64,000 bases of DNA, from contig VXOH01000159.1 of NCBI GenBank assembly GCA_009840135.1, positions 2,095 to 66,094 on the forward strand, written 5' to 3'. The notes beneath the pieces are model-generated. The model saw nothing but the letters and a program-made list of their open reading frames with translations, made no database searches and was not told the DNA's origin. This document shows positions 24,844 through 32,155 of the stretch, in pieces; position 1 is the stretch's first letter; each line of letters starts with the position of its first letter. A program made the translations under genes and the position numbers. Source of the DNA: Chloroflexota bacterium (GTDB taxonomy: Bacteria > Chloroflexota > Dehalococcoidia > Lucifugimonadales > UBA3495).

Positions 24844-26778
24844 CTACGGCGCCCTGTGGGCGTACACGCTGTTGTTGGGGCCGGCGGAGTACACCACCCC
24901 ATCTTTAACCGTGTAGCCTCGCAGGTCAGAAAATCCGCCTTTTTCGAAGACCCACATGGCGGCGCCGGTCCTGGCGTCTGCGGCGACAAGTTCTCCGCTG
25001 CTCAATTCGCCGTACAGGATGCCGTCCACCACTGACAGGGCATTCGTTGTGAAGTCCTCGGTGGTCTCGGCCCAGAGCTCCGCGCCGCTGGTCGCATCCA
25101 GGGCGAAGATATACTCGGCGTCGCCGGAAGCTCCGTAGAGTACTCCATCGGCCACCACCGGCGCCGTGGACAGCATGAATGACTCGTAGCTCCATACTTC
25201 GTCGCCGGTAGCCGCGTCGAGGGCGTAAACGTTGTTGCTGGGAGCGAGGTAAAAAACGCCCTCAACCACCAGGGCCGGGAAGTCGCGAGCGGGAAACTCC
25301 TCGGTGTTGACTTCCCAGATGACTTCTCCCGTTTCTTCCCTGAAGGCGTAAGCCCGGTTGACCACCGTCAGGTACACCACGCCATCCAGCACGGTGGGCT
25401 CGGACTCGACGTAGCCGCCAACCTCGGCCTGCCATGCCACCTCGCCGGTGGCGGCATCCAGGGCGTAGAATTTTCCGTACTCGGCGCCCGGGGCATAAAC
25501 CTTGTCTCCTATGAACGTCGGTGAGTGCTCCGCGCCGATGGGGAAGGGGTGTTCAGCCACCCACACCACTTCGCCGGTGGCGGCATCCAGGGCATGTACC
25601 CGTCGGTCTCCTTCCGAGTAAGCCCCGAAGTATACTTTGCCTCCGCCGACTGCCGGAGAGTGCTGGACCCACTCCCCGGTGTCGAACTTCCAAATCTCCG
25701 TTCCGTCGCCCGCATCCAGGGCGTATATGTGGTTGTCGTTGGAACCGAAGAAGACCCTGCCGTCAACGACGGTGGGAGTTGAACGAATTACGTCGCCTGT
25801 GCCAAAGCTCCATGCCAGTTCCCCGGCGTCGGCGGTCAGGGCGTAGAGGCTGTGGTCGTCGGAACCGGCATAAACCATCCCATCAACCACGGCAGGGGCT
25901 GTAATCACCCACCCTCCGGTGGTGAAACTCCACAGGAAGGAAGGGTCCTGGAACGTGGCCTCACCGCCCATGCCGTTCCCACCGGGCTGCCCGCCGCCCA
26001 ACTCTCCGCCCAGCTCGGGCACGCAGGCTACCATGCCCAGGCCGAAGGACAGCAGCAATAGCGCCTGCTCTTGATCGGGCTCCGCGCCACCCAGGGCCAT
26101 TGCCAGGTCCGATGGACTGAAGGTGCCCAGCAACCCCCTCAGGCAGACTTCCTGCTCATCGGTCAGCCCGCCAAACTGGGCGGCCATATTGACCAGCAAT
26201 ATCTCTCGGGCTGCTTCCTCGGATATGCAACTCAAAACGGCTATGGGTTCGTCTTCCAGCCCTTCCAGGGCGAAGGGCAGTCCCAGCAGTTGGTTCAGCC
26301 GCTCCTCACCCATTTCGCTCCGAATGCAGGACTGCTCCTCTTCGGAGAAGGAGCTAAACACGTCACCCCACGTAGCGGCGGAGCTAATCGCGGAAGGATC
26401 AGAGTCGACGGGCGCCGGAGGGGCGATGTCGACCGCTGGCGGAGCAGGCGGCTGGGGGGCTTCAACTGGGACGGCGACCTGCGCCTGCGTTGGTGATGGC
26501 ATCACCACCAGGGGCGTCGCCGCGGGAGGCGCTGTCGGTGCCGGTCCTGCCGGTGGAGGAGGAACAGCGGGAGCCTGGGCGGGTTCGGCCACAACTACCG
26601 GTTGCTGGGCAGGGGGCCCAGATTGGGTAGCGGCGTCAACAGCGCTCGCGGAAGCTTCCGGGGAAACGGCTTCCGGTTCAGAACCGCATGCCGCCAATGC
26701 AATGGTCATCAGCAGCGCCAGCGCCGCCATAATTACAATCCTGCAAATTCCGTTCGCGATTCCTGGTCGGTGAGACAT
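24844..26778 (-). CDS. PQQ-like beta-propeller repeat lipoprotein
   Basis: Lipobox LAAC|GS, a long Pro/Ala linker, then repeated DG.VY....dg.lyALDA.TGe..W blades. Confidence 0.75.
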   Translation of the reverse strand: MSHRPGIANGICRIVIMAALALLMTIALAACGSEPEAVSPEASASAVDAATQSGPPAQQPVVVAEPAQAPAVPPPPAGPAPTAPPAATPLVVMPSPTQAQVAVPVEAPQPPAPPAVDIAPPAPVDSDPSAISSAATWGDVFSSFSEEEQSCIRSEMGEERLNQLLGLPFALEGLEDEPIAVLSCISEEAAREILLVNMAAQFGGLTDEQEVCLRGLLGTFSPSDLAMALGGAEPDQEQALLLLSFGLGMVACVPELGGELGGGQPGGNGMGGEATFQDPSFLWSFTTGGWVITAPAVVDGMVYAGSDDHSLYALTADAGELAWSFGTGDVIRSTPTVVDGRVFFGSNDNHIYALDAGDGTEIWKFDTGEWVQHSPAVGGGKVYFGAYSEGDRRVHALDAATGEVVWVAEHPFPIGAEHSPTFIGDKVYAPGAEYGKFYALDAATGEVAWQAEVGGYVESEPTVLDGVVYLTVVNRAYAFREETGEVIWEVNTEEFPARDFPALVVEGVFYLAPSNNVYALDAATGDEVWSYESFMLSTAPVVADGVLYGASGDAEYIFALDATSGAELWAETTEDFTTNALSVVDGILYGELSSGELVAADARTGAAMWVFEKGGFSDLRGYTVKDGVVYSAGPNNSVYAHRAP

Positions 26779-27000
26779 CTCCCCCTCCTCCCCTGCAAAA
26801 ACTTGCCCTCAATTTCACGTTAACATATAAACGCCTATATTTCCTACGATGCACGCAAGCGTTTTGGTCGTTCCGATATCACTAAAGGAGGCACGTTTAC
26901 CTGTTTGACAGCCCCTGGGGGCAGGGTTAGGCTTTATTCAGTATGTGGTAACTATGGCAGGGGTCGGATTTACCGGTGTACCAAGCCCGGAGCATTTGCT

Positions 27001-27336
27001 ATGAAGCTAAGCAATGACGAACAGGCATGGCTGGACGAGTATCGGGTTACGTTGGACAAGGAATACCCGGGCCTGGTGGAAGATATAGTGATCTTTCGTT
27101 CGGACGAAGGCCGGTTTTACCTCCCGGAATACTCATTGAACACCGTCGTTATCCTGAAAAAAGGCGACCGACGAACCGGTAAAGACGTCGAGTTTATGGG
27201 GCACTATTTGGCAGTGTTGTCAGAAGCGTTCCCCTTTATTTGGGCCTACACTCAGGACGAATGGAAACTTCATAGGCGAAACGAAACCCTTCCGTACAAA
27301 GGGGATGGATTGTCTGTATGGTCACGCCAATCTTAG
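27001..27336 (+). CDS. degenerate minimal nucleotidyltransferase (MNT)-like protein, putative HEPN partner
   Basis: Position and size fit an MNT antitoxin. The expected FGS...SDxD blocks read FRS...SLNT (VEDIVIFRSDEGRFYLPEYSLNTVVIL). Confidence 0.4.
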   Translation: MKLSNDEQAWLDEYRVTLDKEYPGLVEDIVIFRSDEGRFYLPEYSLNTVVILKKGDRRTGKDVEFMGHYLAVLSEAFPFIWAYTQDEWKLHRRNETLPYKGDGLSVWSRQS

Positions 27337-27734
27337 ACAGGGAATGGCGTCGAGCTCAAGAATGTCTAGGCGCCGCTAGCCTTTGCCGGGATCACGGTTT
27401 CCATGCCGATGCCGTTTCTCGTGCCTATTACGTCATTATGCACGCCGCTAAGGCGGCGCTGGCTTATTGCATTGCTACTAGAGTTGAGGCTGGGGAGGAT
27501 GTTCTGCCTCAATCTCACGATGGCGTAATGAACCGATTTGGCTTACGTTTAGTAAACTCCGGAGATGTTGACCGGATTTGGGCAGCTGTTCTTCGTGAGA
27601 TGTATCAAAAGCGCATTCTTGCTGACTACGACGTTAGTACTTCCCTTACCGAAAACGACTCGCGTGAAGCGGTTGAACGGGCTACTTCTTTCCTGACCCG
27701 TATGCAGTTGCTGTGGGGAGGCGCCCAAGCCTGA
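27318..27734 (+). CDS. HEPN-domain protein
   Basis: SRAYYVIMHAAKAAL, QSHDGVMNRF and RILADYDV blocks are typical of the HEPN family. Overlaps the upstream ORF by 19 nt. Confidence 0.65.
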   Translation: MVTPILDREWRRAQECLGAASLCRDHGFHADAVSRAYYVIMHAAKAALAYCIATRVEAGEDVLPQSHDGVMNRFGLRLVNSGDVDRIWAAVLREMYQKRILADYDVSTSLTENDSREAVERATSFLTRMQLLWGGAQA

Positions 27735-27772
27735 CCCTATCACGAGGTATTACGATACTGAAAGGAACCCCC

Positions 27773-28816
27773 ATGACCACCACCTCCACCAGGAAAATAG
27801 CCGTGGTTGGCGCCGGCGGCACCGGCAGCGTTATCGGCGGCATGCTTACCGTGGCCGGCCACGACGTCGTCATGATAGACCAGTGGGGCGCCCACGTTGA
27901 GGCCATGAAAGCCAACGGTCTCCACATGTCCATTGCGGGCGAGGAGTTCACCTCGCCGGTACGCGCCCTGCACCTGTACGAAGTCTGCAACCTGGAAAGC
28001 GGCTTCGACATCGTCTTCCTGGCCTGCAAGTCCTATGACACTCTTTGGCTTACCCAGCTCATCCTGCCGTACCTGAAGGACGACGGGGTGCTGGTCTCCA
28101 CCCAGAACAGCCTCAACGACGAGTGGATCGCCCCGGTAGTGGGCCCCACCCGGGACATTGGCTGCGTCCTCACCATGTCATCCGAGGTCTTCGAGCCGGG
28201 CCACCTCAAGCGCAACACCGCCATGGACCGCACCACCTTCGTCCTGGGCGAACTGCATGGCCGCATCACTCCCCGTCTCCAGGAGCTGCAGTCCATTCTC
28301 AGCGCCGCCGGCAAAACGGAGCTGACCACCAACCTGTGGGGCGCCCGCTGGTCCAAGCTGGTTTTCAACAGCATCGTTGCCCCCGTCTGCGCCCTGGCCG
28401 GCGTGGGGCCGGCCCACCTGACCGAGGCGCCCGAGCGCATTCGCGTGTGCCTGGAGCTGGGGCGGGAGGCATTGCTGGTAGGCCAGGCCCAGGGTTACAG
28501 CATGGAGCCGGTATTCGGCCTGTCCATGGAAGAGGCCGCCGCATCTCCGGAGGCCCTGGTGGATAACCTGGTCAAGGCTTCGCAAGCCGAGGGCAGGGAG
28601 GCCCGCTCCTTCTTCCACCAGGACATCCTCAAGGGCCGCAAGACCGAGGTGGACTATATTAACGGCCTGGTGGCCCGCAAGGGGACCGAGAGCGGGGTAC
28701 CGACCCCGTTCAACTCCGCCGCCGTAACCATGATCAAAAAGCTGGAGCGGGGCGAGATGGGCCCCGACCCGGTAAACGTAGGCAAACTGGAAGGGCTGGC
28801 CCAGGGAGAGGAGTAA
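27773..28816 (+). CDS. 2-dehydropantoate 2-reductase family (PanE/ApbA) oxidoreductase
   Basis: KIAVVGAGGTGSVIGG Rossmann start and NSLNDEW, KLVFN blocks. ATG 27773. Confidence 0.7.
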   Translation: MTTTSTRKIAVVGAGGTGSVIGGMLTVAGHDVVMIDQWGAHVEAMKANGLHMSIAGEEFTSPVRALHLYEVCNLESGFDIVFLACKSYDTLWLTQLILPYLKDDGVLVSTQNSLNDEWIAPVVGPTRDIGCVLTMSSEVFEPGHLKRNTAMDRTTFVLGELHGRITPRLQELQSILSAAGKTELTTNLWGARWSKLVFNSIVAPVCALAGVGPAHLTEAPERIRVCLELGREALLVGQAQGYSMEPVFGLSMEEAAASPEALVDNLVKASQAEGREARSFFHQDILKGRKTEVDYINGLVARKGTESGVPTPFNSAAVTMIKKLERGEMGPDPVNVGKLEGLAQGEE

Positions 28817-28914
28817 GACGGGAAGGGTCATAACAGGTCACTTTCTCGCGCTTCTTCGTTCGCTGGCACGCCAGCGTGATTCGTTCCCGCGAATCTGACG
28901 TACCGGTGTATTAC

Positions 28915-28941
28915 GCAGGGGTGGATTTCAAACCTGCCCCT
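28915..28941. repeat. REP-like imperfect palindrome
   Basis: CAGGGGTGGATTTCAAACCTGCCCCTG. Preceded by two small hairpins at 28861-28876 and 28877-28894. Confidence 0.5.
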
Positions 28942-29105
28942 GGATCGCAGTCGTTGCTGATCAAGGCTTCTTGAACTGCATAGGATTGACGGTTGCAGCT
29001 AAGGCTGGTTAGGCTCCCACAATTCCCTCCTCGGTTTGATTCCCACCTCCAAAGAAGGCCAGCCCCTCCACAGAGGCTGGCCCTTTTCTGTATTTGCCCA
29101 AATAC

Positions 29106-29133
29106 TTTACATCAATGCCTGCTATGCTATAAT
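29106..29133 (+). promoter_or_regulatory. sigma70-like promoter candidate
   Basis: TTTACA-16 nt-TATAAT in an AT-rich tract, about 85 nt upstream of the 29217 start. Confidence 0.5.
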
Positions 29134-29142
29134 TATTATATA

Positions 29143-29160
29143 TTAGTTAGAGATAACTAA
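29143..29160. promoter_or_regulatory. palindromic operator candidate
   Basis: TTAGTTA-GAGA-TAACTAA, immediately downstream of the -10 box. Confidence 0.35.
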
Positions 29161-29216
29161 TAATTGCTCTCAATGTCATGGAATAGCCTTAAATACCAGC
29201 AGAGGGAGGTGGACTG

Positions 29217-30443
29217 ATGGAATGGACTATTACCAGCGAGGATTTGTCTCATCCGGAGAAAAGTGGAGTAGTTCAGTTCATAGAACGCATGGAACGGGAA
29301 TTGCGGAACGGAGGCACTCCCATAGAGGGGTTCCAGTTCCTGAATTCGCCCCTGGACATGCTGAAGTTCAGCAGGGAGATCGAAGACGAGGCCATGGCCC
29401 ACCCGGTAGAGGCCGACCTGTATGTTGGCTTCCAGAACTCCCAGAAGCTGATCGGCGAAGAACATAGATACCGCAAAATCCTGAGCTCCGGGGTGCGGGT
29501 CTTTGGCTTTGGCGAGGGGGATGCGCCGGCTTTCCTGGCCGATACTTCCGCCGAGTGGGTGTCCCTCCCCGGCAACCGGTATCCACTGGTCAATCAATGG
29601 TTCCTCGTATCCACCGCGCCGGCGCCCATCGCCTTTGTTGGCTGGGATACCTCTCCCGATGACCGGTTCGGCATGGATGGCGTCTCGGCGCCCGGCAAGA
29701 GCTTCGAGGGTTTCGTTACCGAAGATCCCCGCGTTATTTCGGCGCTGGTGGAATACCTGGACCAGGTAAGGGCCGGCGCCAATATGCCCGACCTGGCCTC
29801 GGACGGTAAGCCCTGCCATTTGCCCGGCGCCATTTACTTTGGCGTGGAGGACGATTCGGTACCGGTGATGATGGGCTCTGACCATTCCGGTCTCAAGCTG
29901 GATATCCCCATCAGGCGAATTATGGCAATAACGGATCTTCATGGGTCCGAAGAATTCAAGGCGCTGCGGGGTTGGGCCACCGAGCTGGCCATCGCGAATG
30001 CCAGTCAATTGGTGTTGTTCGAAATGTCGGCGGCTTCCTACCTGGTAACGCCCTATCCCGAAGAGCAGCGCCAGCAGTGGAAGCGGGTGCTCAACTGGCG
30101 GGAACTGCTGCCGCTGGGGCGCGCGCCCCTCGCACGGCAACTGGCCCGGATTCAGGCCAGGGGCGTGGAGGCCGGCGCAATATTGCCTTCCTCCCACGGT
30201 TTCAAGCACCTGGCCCAGTGGGCCGATGAGGCGGACATTGATTTGATCCTGCTGCCCACATCGCTGGTACGGCCCGGCCTGCTTTCCCGTCTGCGGGGCT
30301 ACAGCCTGGATACGCTACTGGAGCATACCCGCCGGCGCGTCCTGGTGGTGTCGGACAACGGCACGATGTGCCCGGCCAGCCTGGAAGGCGAACTTCCCGA
30401 CTCGGGCTCGTACCACCGGCTTGTCGAGGGCCTGGTGGCTTGA
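29217..30443 (+). CDS. two-domain sensory-type protein (DICT-like N-domain plus USP-like C-domain, tentative)
   Basis: Strong RBS GGGAGG. The N-half pattern (LYVGFQNSQKL...YRKIL..GVRVFGFG...EWV...WFLVS) resembles DICT. The C-half (IMAITDLHGS...DLILLPTS...RRVLVV) resembles universal stress proteins. Confidence 0.35.
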   Translation: MEWTITSEDLSHPEKSGVVQFIERMERELRNGGTPIEGFQFLNSPLDMLKFSREIEDEAMAHPVEADLYVGFQNSQKLIGEEHRYRKILSSGVRVFGFGEGDAPAFLADTSAEWVSLPGNRYPLVNQWFLVSTAPAPIAFVGWDTSPDDRFGMDGVSAPGKSFEGFVTEDPRVISALVEYLDQVRAGANMPDLASDGKPCHLPGAIYFGVEDDSVPVMMGSDHSGLKLDIPIRRIMAITDLHGSEEFKALRGWATELAIANASQLVLFEMSAASYLVTPYPEEQRQQWKRVLNWRELLPLGRAPLARQLARIQARGVEAGAILPSSHGFKHLAQWADEADIDLILLPTSLVRPGLLSRLRGYSLDTLLEHTRRRVLVVSDNGTMCPASLEGELPDSGSYHRLVEGLVA

Positions 30444-30563
30444 GTTTCGGCTGAGACCGGGTAAAGGCCGACAGAAAGGGGGGCCAGGCCGGTACGCGCC
30501 CTCGGTACCGGTCACCCCTCTTGCCATACCGCCCGGCAGATTTGCCGGGCGGTTCCACGTTAC

Positions 30564-31151
30564 CTATTCAACCTCGGGGTTTCTGTTCGGAAGCGGCAGC
30601 CAAATTACTTCACGGCTGGCGATAAGCTCCTCTACCTGGTTCTCGTTTCTTACGCTGGCTACCGCCGCGTGGCATGGTTCCTGGGTAACCAATGTTATGA
30701 ACGCGGCGTTCTGTATAGCCCTGGTGGTGTCGCGGGCCGAAGCAGTGTATGAAATTTCAGTGGCGATGTAAGCGGGGGCGCCATCCCGGTCGGTGACTCG
30801 CATTACCAGGTCCGCCGCTACAAAGCTCAAACGTTCGCCGCCTGCCAGGCGATTTCCTGCCAGCACGCGCAGCTGCTCTTTGTCCAGGATTTCCTCCAGC
30901 TTGTACCCCAGGAATTCTGGCAGGTCAGCGGCGCCTTCTATTACCTGGGTTCGCATGTAGTAGCCTTTGAGGTCGCCTATGTCGCTACTTATCCGGTCCA
31001 GGCGGCGGCTGGTGTTGTCCCTGAATCTGCTGAAATCTTCGGGCATATTCTGCAGGCCGCTGCTCAGGATCCTGCTTCTGAGAGCTTCCGCCCATTCCGG
31101 CTTCTCATCAAGAACATTCAGGAGTTCCTCGAAGGTATTGATGGTGGTCAT
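30564..31151 (-). CDS. hypothetical protein
   Basis: 195-aa ORF with a helical N-half. The C-half ADLVMRV...YIATEISYTASARD is loosely PD-(D/E)xK-like. No firm motif. Confidence 0.3.
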   Translation of the reverse strand: MTTINTFEELLNVLDEKPEWAEALRSRILSSGLQNMPEDFSRFRDNTSRRLDRISSDIGDLKGYYMRTQVIEGAADLPEFLGYKLEEILDKEQLRVLAGNRLAGGERLSFVAADLVMRVTDRDGAPAYIATEISYTASARDTTRAIQNAAFITLVTQEPCHAAVASVRNENQVEELIASREVIWLPLPNRNPEVE

Positions 31152-31296
31152 TGGGTAGCCCTCCTTGTCTCTGGCGGCCCTGCGGCCATTATACTCTGCA
31201 TCCGGTTTCCCTGGTTATCAGCAAGGGTAGTCCCTTTGGAGGCTCATAGACTGCCGGCAAGCCACCGGTGTCCCCTGTGATACAATTTCCGCAGAT

Positions 31297-32112
31297 ATGG
31301 CTCAAAACAGTAACGCCACCATCATCGCCAATTCCCCCTCAGCTCTCTCCCCAGGGCAGTACCTGGGGCCGGACGCATTGCTGCGGTTGCTGTCCAGCAC
31401 GTCTCCTGATCCGCCCGACTCCGGCCACGAGGATATCGGCACTCTCTGCCTGACTCCCGGGGGACTGTCCCGCTGGCCCGAAGCAAGGGATGCCGCCTTG
31501 CGGGAATGGCGCAGTTTCCTGGGCCCGGTTCTGGACGGCCCCGGCGGTGACTCCCTCCTGAAGTCTGACACCGGCCTGGTGGCATTGCGTGTCGGTGACC
31601 GCGGTCTGGCCGTGGCGCCGCCCTTTCCCGTGAAAAGAGAATCGGCCGTCGAAACGTGGGATGCCGGGCACCTGCAGGAATTGCTGGTTGCTGAATACAC
31701 CGTGGGGGTGGTGCTGCTCCGCCTGGGCCGCTACATGGTGGCCGTGTTTCGCGGGACCCAACCGGTGGTGACCAAGACCGACACCCGCTACGTAAAGGGC
31801 AAGCACCACGCCGGCGGCACCTCCCAGCTGCGGTTCAAGCGCATTCGGGAGGGGCAGATGCGCAAGCTGTTCGACGAGGCCTGCCAGGTAGTGGGCAGCC
31901 GCTTCGAGCCCCATGACCGGGAGTTGGACTACATACTGCTGGGCGGCGAGAAGTTGACCCTCAACGGATTTCTGAAGGTGTGCCCCTACCTGCAGCGACG
32001 GCAGGATATCATCCTGGACCGGCGCCTGAACATACGAGACCCCAAGCGCGACACCCTGGACACCGTGTCCGGTATGCTGCGCCAGAGCCGGGTATGGGCT
32101 GTCGCCCCGTGA
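31297..32112 (+). CDS. Vms1/VLRF1-like (eRF1-fold) peptidyl-tRNA hydrolase family protein
   Basis: VGVVLLRLGRYMVAVF...KGKHHAGGTSQLRFKRIREGQMRKLFDEA...YILLGGEK. The GG(S/T)SQ catalytic-Gln loop and flanking blocks match the VLRF1 domain. Possible extended -10 (TGATACAAT, 31278-31286) about 10 nt upstream of the ATG. Confidence 0.6.
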   Translation: MAQNSNATIIANSPSALSPGQYLGPDALLRLLSSTSPDPPDSGHEDIGTLCLTPGGLSRWPEARDAALREWRSFLGPVLDGPGGDSLLKSDTGLVALRVGDRGLAVAPPFPVKRESAVETWDAGHLQELLVAEYTVGVVLLRLGRYMVAVFRGTQPVVTKTDTRYVKGKHHAGGTSQLRFKRIREGQMRKLFDEACQVVGSRFEPHDRELDYILLGGEKLTLNGFLKVCPYLQRRQDIILDRRLNIRDPKRDTLDTVSGMLRQSRVWAVAP

Positions 32113-32155
32113 ACAGTGAGATTACAACATCCGTGCAAAATCAGTTCGGTGAAAC

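Noticed and set aside
26380-26700. Possible DNA tandem repeat in the Pro/Ala-rich linker of the PQQ lipoprotein
   Set aside because: The low complexity is at the amino-acid level only. I could not find a periodic nucleotide unit.
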